DNA from: Octopus bimaculoides
Lineage: Eukaryota
Reading direction: 5' to 3'
DNA: 58,926 nucleotides
NCBI RefSeq assembly: GCF_001194135.2
Contig: NC_068999.1
Coordinates: 4,438,331-4,497,256 of the forward strand
This document shows positions 40,199-54,308 of this stretch, piece by piece (the first letter of the stretch is position 1; the number at the start of each line of letters is the position of its first letter). Below the pieces are notes generated by a model. It did not search any database. It was not told the DNA's origin and was given only the letters and a program-made list of their open reading frames with translations. Both the position numbers and the translations under genes were made by a program.

Positions 40199-43100
40199 CA
40201 TCATCATCTTTTAACGTCCGCTTTCCATGCTAGCATGGGTTGGACGATTTGACTGAGGACTGGTGAACCAGATGGCTACACCAGGCTCCAATCTGATTTG
40301 GCAGAGTTTCTGATGCCAACCACTCTGAGAATGTAGTGGGTGCTTTTATGTGCCACCGGCACGAAGGCCAGTCACATGGTACTGGCAACGACCACGCTCG
40401 AAATGGTGTATTTTACTTGCCACCTGCACGGGAGACAGTCCAGCGGTACTGGCAACGAACTCACTTGAATGTCTCTTCACGTGCCACTGGCACAAGTGCC
40501 AAGAGGGTGACGTTGGTAACAATCACGCTCAAATGGTGCTATTTACGTGCCCCCGGCACAGAAGCCAGACAGCTGGTACTCTGGCAACGATCGCGCTCAG
40601 ACGATGCTCTTAGTGATCTACTGGTACAGGTGCCATCACGATTTATATATATATATATATGTTTGTGTGTGTGTGTGTGTGTTTTAATTTAATTTAAACT
40701 TTATTTTCGGTTTGTTATCATTACAGGTCATGGTATATTTGTCAAGTCAGTGGTAGGTGAAGTAAAGATAGAAAAATCTGTGATCCAGCGCAACTGGGGA
40801 GATGGAGTGAAGTTTTACAGCATCAACAAGACTCTACTCCATGATTTCGACAGACTGTTCGATGAACATTTTTTCTTCTGCAAACGTGTAAAACTTCAAT
40901 ACAACCGCTACCCACTCGAATTGGGAGAGCAGGTTGTTCACACCAACTCCTATGATACTGTGGTTCCTGGATGTGACCATGTAAGTAGCAGACAAGATGG
41001 AGGTGCAAGAGCGTTCCTTTTTCTGTTTAAATTATGTAAATTTCCTTGTTCTATTTTTTATAAGTTTTTTTGTCTCCTGGAAATAAGGTTGGATAATTGT
41101 TATGCCGATGTTGACTCTTGAAGCAGAAACCCCAATCTCCATATCTTTCCTTTTATCTCCAGACAATGAGGCTGTCCCTTTCTCTCAAATGGTTTGTCAG
41201 CTTTGGAGAGTTCTTGAATTTTGAGATTCTCTTCCCCTTCTCAACTGGAACTGGTCTCAATTGCTAATTACTCTTAGAGATCTTTTTTATCTTTTACTTG
41301 TTGCAATCATTAGACTGTGGCCATGCTGGGGCACCACCTTGAAGAATTTTAGTCAAATGAATTGACTGCTATTTTCTTTTCTTCACCTAATCCTTATTTC
41401 ATTGGCCTCTTTTAATCAACCCACAAGATAATGGGGACATAAACACACCAACATAGGTTGTCAAGTGATGGTGGAAGACAAACACAGACACAAAGTCACA
41501 CACACATCTTTTATTTTTTACTTGTTTCAGCCATTAGACTATGGCCATGCTGGGGCACCACCTTCAAGACATTTTATTCGAATGAATCAACCCCAGGACT
41601 TATTTTTTTCAGACTGGGTACTTATTCTATCAGTTCCGTTTACCAAACCGCTAAGTTATGGGGATGTAAACTCACCGACACTGATTGTCAAGCAGTGGGA
41701 CAAACACGGACACAAAGACATGCACACACACACACACACACACATATATATCATCATCATCATCATCAGTAGAAACCTTGCCAGATCAGATTGGAGCCTG
41801 GTGCAGCCTCCTGGCTTTCCAGACCTCAGTCAAACTGTCCAACCCATGCCAGCATGGAAAGCGGGCGTTAAATGATGATGATGATTATTATGATTATGAC
41901 GATGATGGTTGTTGATGTTGTTGTTGTTGTAAGTAATGTTAGCTATTTCTGTTTCAGACTTTTAAAACCCGTGCAAACATGCAGCTTACCCTGCACTTCC
42001 TGCTGCTGGAGAGTGACCCCAACAGTGAAGGTGAACTAATTATATCTTATGGAGATGTTAGTAAAACGCTGACAAAGACGGTGCCAATACGGAATGGTAG
42101 CTACCCTCAGTCGATCACAACTCTCTCCAATGTTATAAGCATCAATTTCAATTTTAAAAGACGAGGATACTGTTCCGTCTTTAAATATTGTATCAGGTTC
42201 TTGCTTCGACTCTCAACCAATTTTGGTAAGTCTTTACTCACTTCTTTTCTTAACAAGTAAGCCTTTAGTCACTTTCTCCCACAATAGCCAGTATTGGTAA
42301 ATCTTCTGTGACTCATTAACCCTCTCGTTACCGTATTTCTGTTGAGATGTTCTGTGTTTCTTTCAATTAATTTTAAATATAACAAAGAATTTAGTAAAAT
42401 AACTTAATTACCATTAAGTTAGCGTTAGGAACATAAATTGTGACTAAGGTTTGGTGGAAGATTTTAATTCAAAACTTATGGAAACAAGACATTTGTACTA
42501 CAGAGCCAGAAATGGTTTTAGTCAGGTTGATATCAAAGAGGTTAAGAATTGTTTCTCTTTTATACATTTTAACCCTTTTGTTACCATATTTACTTTGAGA
42601 TGCTCTGTGTTTCTTTCAATTACTTTAAATATAACAAAGAATTTAGTAAAATAATTTAGTTATCATTAAGCTAGAGTTAGGAACATAAATTGTGACTAAA
42701 GTTTGGTGGAAGATTTTAATTCAAAGCTTATGAAAACAAGACAAATCACCCTCATATTGGCCAATATTTATGAGTCTTTAGTCACTCATTATCACAGCTG
42801 TCACTCATACTTTCAGCACTCCTATCCACAATGATCAATACTGGTAAGTCTTTAATCACTCACCACAGCCAATAACGATATGTCTTCAGTCACTTTTAGT
42901 CACTTCTCTCTCTCACGCAATTCTGCAACTCAGCTTGTTCACTGATGCATGTTCACCTTCCCATGAACATGTTCAATTCTTGCAGATGTTCACTGTAGCT
43001 GTTTTCTCGTATACATGTTTCATTCTATGGATTGTGGCCAAACTGGAGCACCTTCTTGAAGATTTTTTTTTTTAGTTGAACAAACCAACCCCAGTACTTA

Positions 43101-46100
43101 TTTTTGTCAAGTCTTGTATACATAATTTATATACTTTATGCACAATTTTATAGACTTAATACACAACACTCCCCCTCTTTCTCTCTCCTTTGTTCTTTTG
43201 TTCTTCACCTTTCCCTTCAACTAATCATGTGAAAGCGTTACAGACAGGCTAAGTAACCCCTTTCCCACCACTCTCCTCCCTCTCCTCCTTCCCTTCTGTC
43301 TCCATCTAATCACTTGGAAGCATTACAAACAAGCAGAATTATTATACGATTATTATTATTATTATTGTTGTTGTTGTTTGATAAATTCCCTTGTATAATT
43401 TATGGAAGTTATTATAAATTTCCTTCATTTATTAAATGGTGCCATTTTTTTATGTCTTACAGGTCCAACCCCAGACTTTTGGATCACCGAATCTAATGTT
43501 TCTAACAATAATCACCATGGCGTTTCTGTTCAAGACATGAAATGTTTAGTTTGGATCAATTCTACACAAATAACAAATAATGGCTATGAAGCAGGTTTGC
43601 GAATATTCCAAGGAGCAGGAATTGTCAATGTTAACAACACCCTTCTGCAAAACAATGCCCTTGCTGGTGCCAACATCACATATTCGGGTGGTCGAATCTT
43701 GTTTAATCACACTAGTGCTATCGGAAACCAAGGTTACGGTGTCTATTTGGAATTCTTGAAACTTAACAGATCTCGTATAGAACAAGGTTTAGATATATAT
43801 TCCTACTCCAGTAGATTTTCAGAAAATACTTTGGCGGCATTTCGTGTTGGTAATTACTGTAAGTCAGCAGATGTGCTTATTGATAAAAGTTTCTTTGAAA
43901 ATAACCTGCGAGAGGCTATAGAATATTTGTCTTGTAATACCACTTCTTTGACGACCAATTTTTCTGTAACAATGAGTCAGTTTGTTTCAAATGGGAAACA
44001 AGCTATATTAATGGCACCAGTATTAAATACTCGTGGTAGAATAGCCAATAATACCTTCAGGGATCATTTAAATGGTGCTCTTCTTATGAACAATGGGGAA
44101 GATATACTTGTGTCACGCTGGTATGCTAAGTTCTCTGTAGATTATGATATATATGGTAATGAATTTCGGGATAATTATGGTCCTTATGCTGTTAACATCA
44201 GGCTTACTGAAGAATCTTCTGAACAATCGTTAAGGTTTGTAAATAATAAATTGTTGGACAATAATATTCAAAATTCATTTCCTTTTCTAAACCCTCGATC
44301 CAAAGCTAATGCTGTTCTAATAATTTCATCAAGTAAAGTGGTTGCAGTAATGAACATAATCTCTAACCCTAATTCAACTCGAGAAATGGCAACGCATTTA
44401 ACCGATCCATCTAAAACAATTGATGCCACAAAGAATTACTGGGGTTCTCCTGATTATCAAAAATTTTATCTCAGAATATTTGACCGAGCTGACCGTTATA
44501 ACTTGGCTGTCATCAATTTCTTCCCGGCATTAGCCGATGAGAGGATTTTTGGGGATCGTCAACTCACTCCAGATCTTCGGCCAGACTCGAAAAACATTTT
44601 CCTGCGAGGTCAAATCATTGGCGGAGAACTGAAAGAAAATAAAGTATTACCGAAAGGTTTTTACACTGTTGATAAAGATATCTACATTGAGCCGGAAGCA
44701 ACATTGACCATTCCACCTGGAACCAAGCTCTCGTTTCAGAACTCTGTCGGTATGATAGTGTATGGGGCATTGGTTGCAGATGGCAGGAAAGAAGATTGGG
44801 TTAGGTTCTCTCTGGAAGATAACTACAATACCGTTGTCGAGAACATGACGTTTCCAATTCGATTGGTTGATGGCTGCACTGAACAAGAAGGCCGCCTTGA
44901 AGTGGAACTCGGTGGCACCTGGGGAACAGTTTGCAATAAGGTAAGTTTCTCTTGTGTTACTCTTAACTCTCTCTTTTGTTATTGTTTGGTCAGTGGGTAG
45001 GACAATTGCTGGTCATTCAAGACTGGTAATCTGGATATAATAATGCCCAGCTGAATATCAATTTGTCAATGTTTGCAAAGACGATATAAACCAAACAGGA
45101 AGCTCTGTGGGCTACTCTGATGATAAATACTCGTAACCTACAAACTCAGAGTAGTGACGACGTGAATGAATGATACTCTTCACATGAATATACACGTATA
45201 TGTTGTTTGCAGTCCATTACAAAGGTATACTCTTTTTTACTTGTTTCAGTCATTTGACTGTGGCCATGCTGAAGCACCGCCTTTAGTTGAGCAAACCAGT
45301 CGCAGAGTTTATTCTTTGTAAGCCTAGTACTTATTCTATCGGTCTCTTTTACCGAACCACTAAGTTACGGGGACGTAAACATACCAGCATCGGTTGTCAA
45401 GCAATGTTGGGCTGGACAAACAGATACACACACATACATATATATGCATATACGACGGGCTTCTTCCAGTTTCCGTCTACCAAATCCACTTACAAGGTTT
45501 TGGTTGGCCCAAAGCAATAGTAGAGGACACTTGCCCAAGGTGCCATGCAGTGGGACTGAACCCAGGACCATGTGGTTGGTAAGCAAGCTACTTACCACAC
45601 AGCCAGGAAGGAATTCAGCTGATGCTGTTTGTTTCTGGTTCTCTGCATAAATCATGTTTTGGCCAATTGTGGTTTGATGAATTTGGGGAGAATGTTATCT
45701 CTTTTGGAGATAATGCCCGTGGGCATATGGCGTAGTGGTTAATAATGTAGATAATATCACTGTCCTTGGTTAAGAAAGTAATGAAAAATTAAGTCTGATT
45801 GAAAACTAATTAACATGAAATATTTTTAATGACAGGGTTGGACTGAACAGAACTCTGTAGTAGCATGCAACCAGTTGGGGTTAGCATATAACCCTCGGTT
45901 TGGTCAACCACAAGTGAAAGCCTCAGCCCCTACGTCGACATCAATCTTATTAAACTGGGTTTCATGTACAGAGGAAGACACTGATTTGACCAAATGCTTA
46001 TCTGAATCTCAAACCCCAATAGATTGTACCCATGACCAAGATGTTTTCATACATTGCCAAATTCCAACATGGTCAGGTAAGTGCCAGCTATTCAGTTTTG

Positions 46101-47231
46101 TTTTTCTTTCATCATCATCACCATTATCATCAACATTACCATTATCATCATCATCATCGTCCCCACCCCACCACCACCAGATTTGAGAGAAAGCTGACTG
46201 TTATTTCAAGCGGGTTGGCTGTGTGGGTCAGAGTTAAGGCCACTGGTCAGTCATTGTGAGCAGCAGTACTCTAAGATTGTGTAGCATTTATTCCATTGTT
46301 GTGGAGCAGTACTCTATTGTGAGTACAAGTACTCTATTGACCTGTGTAGAGGGTCAACAGCTGTCCATGGCTAAAGAAGGCCAGAGTTTGTGATGTAGTT
46401 TTAACTATGCCATATCAAGTTGCCAGAGATTTGGCCTTGCAATTTGTGGGTATCGAAAAAGGGGTCATTTATGAGTTGTGATGGTATGTGACTTAGTGGT
46501 TAGGGTGTAGGTGCTCACAATTGTAAAGTTATGAGTTCAATTCCTGAACTGGGTGTCACATTGTGTCCTTGAGCAAGGCACTTCACTTCACATTAACTCC
46601 AGCCTATTCAAATGAAATATGTAGTAACGTAGTACTGGAGTAGCCTCCACTCTTGTTCTATGATATCCAGAATATTCTTCAAGCTTAAGGATGAGATCTC
46701 CCTTAGAGGGTGTCTGTGTCTGCTCATGACTACACAGATCCCTTAAACAATTTGTGAAAGTATGGTACATATTTCCAGTTTACACTTGTTTGTGAGTGAA
46801 GGCCATGCTTTGGTTATGTAAGATTAAACTGTATGGAAACAGGCAGGAGCTCTAAACAGCTGTTTCTCAGTGGGGGGTGAGTTCTCCAAGATATGTTTAA
46901 GACTGCTCTTAACATTTGGGTGTAAGTTCCATCTCGCTTGGATTCCAGTTTTTTGGTAAGTGCCCAGGCTGTTGCTCTATGTAAAAGGACTGACTTTACT
47001 GTTGTATGGAAATAATTCTTGTAATGTTGTCTGACAGGGTTGATATCCAGACAATGTCCAATTTGTTTAGGGCTGGCCATGCTTTAGCCATCTGAGTTTT
47101 AACATTCTTTTAAGTTGAGGTGACCTCAGAACTACATTGTGGGACATTGCTGGTGAGCTAAACAAGATCTGGCAAATGACTGACTGCTATTGATGCCAAA
47201 GCATGGCCGTACTTGAGCTGGTCATCCAAGT

Positions 47232-47276
<45 letters not shown>

Positions 47277-48519
47277 ACACATCAGAGACACTGGATGCCT
47301 CTCCGAAGACCTCCCTCAATGAATGCAGACCAAGATGGATGATGTGTTTAGGTGAAAAATGTCCAAGGATGCTCATCGGACGATAAAATAGTGTGTTGTA
47401 TAAATTAGGGATTTTCAGGACCCTGTTTTGAGATTTAGAATTGGTTGCAGTTTCAGCTGTTGTTTAACTCCAGATCAGCTTTGATGCAGAAGATCAAGGA
47501 TCGAAAAGAATCCAGCTCTTATTCTGGTGGCACAGTGTATCTAATGTTACATCATATAGTGTGTCATTCTCTTTTTAAAACGGTAATGTGTGATTTTGAA
47601 GACTTCATTCCTTTTTCTGTCATGTTGAGTAACTTAGATATTGGTCCACCATTAGCTTGATGTATTGTTGTTGGTACTGAAGATAAGGATTCTGATATGG
47701 TTTTTTTATTGCTATCCCTATTTATGCTTTGATTATTTTTTCAGGGATCACTCTGGCAGCAGTTCCAAAGATCAAAAATAAACAGGAGACCCAACTTCGA
47801 AGTGTTATGATCGATAGAGCCGGCATGCACGATTACTCCACCATGCATTTCTCGTCGGCCTTGCAGATCGACTACAACTACTACGACATAAGCAATGTTA
47901 CTGTAACGGACTCCAGTGCCGATGGAATCTACATTAGACTTAACCACCCATACACCAACAACCGAATGGAACACTGTAATGTGTACAGGAGCCAGGGTAA
48001 CGGTCTCGTTACGAAATACCCCTTTTTAGAAACTGCATACAGCACATTCCGAAACAATTCCCTCAGTGGCTTCACATACGATCCATTCTTCACAGAAGCT
48101 GAAGCAATTGGTATACGTAACTTCATGAGATCTGATCAGGTGACCGTCCTAAAGGAAAGCCAATCTTTCTTTCTCACACAAGAAACCACCATGTTTATAA
48201 CCGAACCAGGAAAGTTCAAGATTAACAAAGAATTCTCTTATGTGATACAATCAACTGATTACAAGTTGAGGCCAACCATCCAGATCTTGAATTATAACCC
48301 CGTGACCAGTGTTGAGAAGGTAACAGTGATCAATAATAATAAGAAGTATTATATCGAGGAAGATCTTATTGATTTTCCTCTCATGTCTTCAGGAAATCTT
48401 CTCACTGTTCTGCTTCATGTATCTGGAACGATGAGTGGACGGCTCACGTTTGCTATTATATTAGGTGAGTATTTGTTATGGTGGTGGTTGTGGTGGTAGT
48501 GGGGAGAATGGTGGTGGTT

Positions 48520-48565
<46 letters not shown>

Positions 48566-51500
48566 CACTGGTGATAGTAGTGTTAAGGTGATAGTAGTGA
48601 CAAGGTGGTAGTGGTGCTGGTGATGGCTGTAGCAGTGATAATCTTGGGGCACTTGCTTGAAGGGTTTGGTCTAACAAATTGACCCCATATTTTTTAAGAC
48701 TGGTACTTATTCCATTGATGTCTTTTTGTTGAACTGCTAAGTTACGGGAATGTAAACACCAAAGTTGGTTGTTGAGCAATGTGGGGTACTTACACCAATA
48801 CAAAACCACACACACACATAGATAGATAGATAGATAGATACATACATACATACATACATACTTACATGTCCATGTATAAGTTAAATAAGATTCAGGTAAA
48901 AACCTTGTATGCTATACAAAGCTCACCCGCAGTTGTTGGCTACCAAATGTTATCAAACAGTGGGAAAACTCTTGTTATTGGATATTGATCTGGAATTCCA
49001 TAGCATCAGTAGAGTTTACGCAAAGAGACATCCTTCCCACTACCCTAATCTCCTATTGCAACCATTGTCCAACTCCCTTTTTCTCTCTCCATTTCCAGTC
49101 TCTGCCACTGTCCCCTTTTCAGTTCTTCTTCCAAACCCTGTCACCATTTCATTTCCTCAGATCAATAATTTGTAATTTTTTTTGTTTTATGTCTTTTCCT
49201 TGTATCTTCCAGGACAACGTACCGAAGTACCAAAACCTGAAATCTATCTTCGGAACTGTACATTGTTCAATAATGATATTGGTCTTATGACGAAACATTA
49301 CAATGATCCTTCCAACGACAAGCAGGAGCTTTACTTTAGGTTCCGGGAGGAGAGCATTCGACTGGATTATGTGAACATTCTAAACAGTCGCATTCATGCA
49401 ATGTATGTACCGAGCGTCACCAAATACCACGAAAATTTCATCGCCACTTACGAAGAACTAACACGTCCTCAAAGAGTTGGTACAATTTCATACGTGATAA
49501 ATAGGTGCCGTTTCCAAGGAAACAAGCAGGCAATCAAGGCTGAGCATAACCACGTAGAATTTGCCAATAATGTTTGGAAATGGCACATAACACATTGCAA
49601 CATCAAAGACAATATGGACGGTGGATTAGAAATTGAACTGCCACGTGTCAATGATGTGAAAGAACATCTCAAGCATTCTGTCGAGATCAACCATACCATG
49701 TTTGAGATGAACAAAGACTTTGCATTCATTGTCAACGGTTATTTTGCTGATGTTAAGATTTCTCATTCTATTTGGAAAAATAATAATTGTCGTCTTGGTT
49801 TGTTTGATTTGATAGGAATGGAGAAAAATGTCAGCATGGTGCTAAACGTTTTCGACAAAAATACTTGCAAATACATCGTAAATTTTGATATTAACAGTCA
49901 CTATGAGTACATGTACCCAATTGTGGGAAACTTTTCCTACAATAAACTCTATGACAATGGTCTTGGAACTCAGACAGAAGGAGATGAAAATTTACCATCA
50001 TCATTTGCTGTGGCACTTAAAGGACTTCAACAAATGGTTTTAAACAGAAATTTGTTTGAAAACCCAAAATTGAGATATGAATTTATTGCTGGTGTAACTT
50101 GTCTGTCTTTGGATAGTGTAGTTGATGTCACTGAAAATTGGTGGGGAAATTCTGCCCAAGATTATATCCAAAGCAAGATATTTGACTTTGATTCCTGGAA
50201 CAATTTTGCAATTGCCAATTACATTCCTTATCTTCTAGAAAATCAATTCAAGAGCATTTCATTTTCAACTACGAAACAATATCCAATACGTAATACTTTT
50301 GAACTTGGTGGTAGAATAACAAAAGACTTGTCTTTATTTGCGTCTGCAACCCATTATGAAGTGATCAATGACATCACAGTGATGCCAGGCATCACTCTAA
50401 AGATTGAACCTGGAGCAATATTACTCTTCAGACCAAATGTTGGTATTTTAGTGTTGGGAACCTTGGATGCAAGAGGTCTTCCTCATCAGCGTATCCTGAT
50501 GCTTCCCAGTCCAGTAAAAAAGAAAGAGAACAACATACGCAAACACTCAGTCTCATTCCAAATGCAGCAGATATCTAAAGAAAAAGCAAGGCTTTCTGGT
50601 GGTGTCACACCAAATGAAGGTTTTCTGCAGTTTTATAATGATTCCACAAAACAATGGGATATCATGTGCAATGAAAGACTTCCAGAGAACGTTGGCATAG
50701 TGATTTGTCGTCAACTAGGATTTGAAACTATTAACGTTAGAGTTTATACATCGCATCTTTTTGATTATTACATTTATGGCTTAACCACTTATTTTACCAA
50801 AACCTTTTGGCGGTACTCTTACTACTGCAAAGGAGACGAAGATTCCTTAAATCAATGCACCAAGAAGATTGATTATCGGATCATGTCTTGTATCCAGAAT
50901 GAAAACTACACGTTTTTGCACTGTGGCAAACGTAACCTTGCAGAAGAATATAACTATTGGGGAAACATTCGGTTTTCCAGGTCATCTTATCAGGAAAATC
51001 TCCAAGAGAAGAAAGTGGTAGAGTCGACTATAAAATACGTTGATATCTATGGTGCTGGAGTGCTTCATGGCAATAAGGTCGGTGCCATCCAGTCTGTTTA
51101 TCATACACCAATTATTGAACAGGTAAATATTAGCGGTTGTGCTTCAAATGGAATTGATTTTATATCTCCATTAAAAGACCTTCTCATTGAAGAGCAAAAT
51201 ATCACTGCTAATCTTGGTTATGGAATCAACATTCTTGTGTTGAATGGGGATTCTAAAAACTCAGAGATGGCCTCGTTTTTACCTCTTGTGCAAAGCACGA
51301 TACCCTACTTCTTGTTTGGAGTAGTAGAAATGTGTTTACTGGAGAAAGAAATTATTCTTGAGACCAAGATGTTAGTTTATTACAAATATTCTTCTACCGC
51401 AATCGACTGTGTCAAGTCCATTAAAAGTAAATACAGAGACAAACAGCTGGCGCTACGCTTCCTGCAAATGAACTTGTTTTCGGAAGATTTTATGCGAAAT

Positions 51501-54270
51501 GTCATAGAAATATTTGATGGAGATTTTGGCAATGAGCAAAAGATTGGAGAAATTATGAAGAATTCATCTTCTGAAACTGTCGAAAAGCTTTATCGTACTT
51601 CTAAGGAACCACACACGTTAACCTTACACATGCATGCTTCTGTGGCCAGTCGAGACTATGGTTTCATAGCAGAAGTTGTCACTTTGCCGCAGTCATCAAC
51701 AGGAATTATCGGTAAGCATTAATCTCTAATAATGTCTCTTTTCTTACTTTTTTGATGTTTTGGTTTTTAGATCTGGGGTTCTTAGCGATGATGATGGTGG
51801 TGGTTGTAGCGGGGATGATTAAGGGGGAACTTTTCTCTGTGGTGGTTACAATCATAAATGTGTGTGAGGGACTGGAAGAGGTTTTCCTTTAGAGATGTCT
51901 TAGAGGCAAAAAAAAAAAAAAGAAAAAAAACATTGGCATCACGGCTGCCACCATCACTGCTACTGCCATTGTCACCACCACCACCACCACCACCACCACC
52001 ACTATTGTTAACAACAATGGGACCATTATGCCAGTTAGATCTTCTAGATATAGCAACCAAATTCCCTGAAATCACACTTTACAATTTTAAAACTAGGAAA
52101 GACAGATTGGAGTTGTGTAGTATTAGATAGACTAAAAGAGTGGATGGTCATGCCTGGAACACATTTGAGTATATGTCTATCAAGTCCATGGGCCTCAAGA
52201 TTGACGATGGGGACATTAGTGATCTCGTCGAGGAACATTCAAAGGAACTGACAGTAGACGAACTCCTGCACCTTCAGCAGCCTTATTTGGATGTGGTGGA
52301 AGAAATAGGTTCCCCAGAGGATGTGTTGCAGAGAATGCTGTCTCTACGAGTGACATAACAGCAGTGTTGGCAAAGCGGCAGTATGTTTCTGAATTTGTAT
52401 AGAGAAATATCATCCTGAAAAAGGTAACTACAGGTCGTGCAGGCTGCTTTATTTAATGACTCCGCTCTGGTGTATTTCCGTAGCATTTTGAAAGGCAGGA
52501 AAAAGCAGACTTCTCTAGATATGTTTCTAATGAAACGACTGTAAGGGTAAAAAGTGAAGAAAATGTGTCCAAGAAGCCTAAATTAAGTGAAATGAAAGAG
52601 AAAATGCCAGAAATTGTTCTTCTTGAAGTTGTAATGGAAGGAGATTCTACTTCCAAACAATAATCCTCTTCCTCTCCACTCCGTTGTCTTCTTTGCACAC
52701 AAATCGTCCCATTTTAAAGATAATTAAATTAATAAAACCAGTTTACATATTTCTTTTGCATTTTCTTTTATGTTTTTATAATTGTTATTTTTCTTGTAAC
52801 TGCACCTTTTCTGTTTTAAAACCCATAAAAGATTATTTTTTGGCAGGTTTTGGGGGCTGAAATGTATTAACTATATTTTAATTAATTTCAATGGGGAAAA
52901 TTGATTTGTAAAACAAGTAAATCGTAAAACGAGCTCGGCTATGGAACAAATTAAACTCGTACTGCGAAGCATCACTGTATTAATTATTAATTAATAATAT
53001 TAATGTATGCTATTTGTTTGTTTCAGACAGCAGAATCCAGCACACTTTGCAAAGTACGGTATTACAAAGAAATGAGGATGGCGCCTTCACATATCGGAAT
53101 GTTGGTGAAATAAACCCATCAGTAAAATTTGCGAAATGTTTGATTGAAGACAATGGCGTTCAAATTTTGAATCTGACGTCTCCACCAGTGGTTGACATTT
53201 ATTTGCAGAACACGAAAATTATGTCTTTTGCAAACAACTTTTTGTTGGGAAATGCTGGTGGAAGCAGTATGATTATTCACACCAATTCCTTTGCCACAGC
53301 TATTGAGGCAAATATCACAAACAACATCTTTTCTTCAGGTACTCATGGTTGTATGTTGACAATTAGTGGCAACAACTATCAGAAAGTACTCCTCTATGAG
53401 AACTACTTCTTTAATAATTCTGTTGGCGATGACCAGGATATCGTTCTGCTGAAAGACGTGACAACTAATTTTACATCAAACTTCTTTCATAACAACACAG
53501 CTTACAGTATATTGTCTGTATTTGCCCTTGAAAAGGTCTCCTCCCCACACATGTACACAAGAAGTGCTTTCACTGAAAATAATTCCACAGCCCTTTATGA
53601 AAGTACTGTTAAGATCCACAGTGGTAAACCTGTGTTTTATAATAACTATTTTGTCAACCCTGAGAATGTGTACGAATTCGAGGCAAACCCTGTGTCCAAG
53701 TAAGTTACAATTTCTTTTATATTATTTAAATCTCATTTCAAACATGTTCTTGTAATGGTGTTCCTAGGACGCACACTGCCATTTTTCAAAAAGGGAAGGA
53801 CACAATAATGTTCTCCTAAATGCTTTGTTTGAAAAAAAAAAAAAAAAAAAAAAAGGAGGCAGATAGGATGATCACAGCTGGATCATAATTGGCCTGGGGC
53901 TAAAGAACAGCAATAACAACAACAACAAAGTACTCCATTGCTCTACCCCCACCTTAATGTCACTAAATAATAATAATAATAATATTAATAATAATAATGA
54001 TGATGATGATAACGATGATGATGATGATAACGATGATGATGATGATGATGATAAGTGATTTCCTTGGTTCCAAAGGCATTTGTTTATTCTGTTCTGGTAA
54101 TATTGGTAATTCTTGAAAGTAGCCATAATTCTGGCGGCATTCCACAGACAATTACAATAGAGAATTGCTGAAACAAGCAGGAAATTTCTCTTTTATCATT
54201 GCAAGTGTCAAAGAGATGACAGTGATTTCAGTTACGAATAATAAGGATTCGAAATATACCTTTTTTTTTT

Positions 54271-54308
<38 letters not shown>

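Noticed and set aside
40330-40620. Repeated GGTACTGGCAACGA units resembling a spaced repeat array
   Set aside because: Internal tandem units of repeat family E, also at 55600-55710; eukaryotic context with no cas genes, so not CRISPR
53027-53030. Second AG 4 nt downstream of the exon 11 acceptor
   Set aside because: Out of frame; not a NAGNAG tandem acceptor
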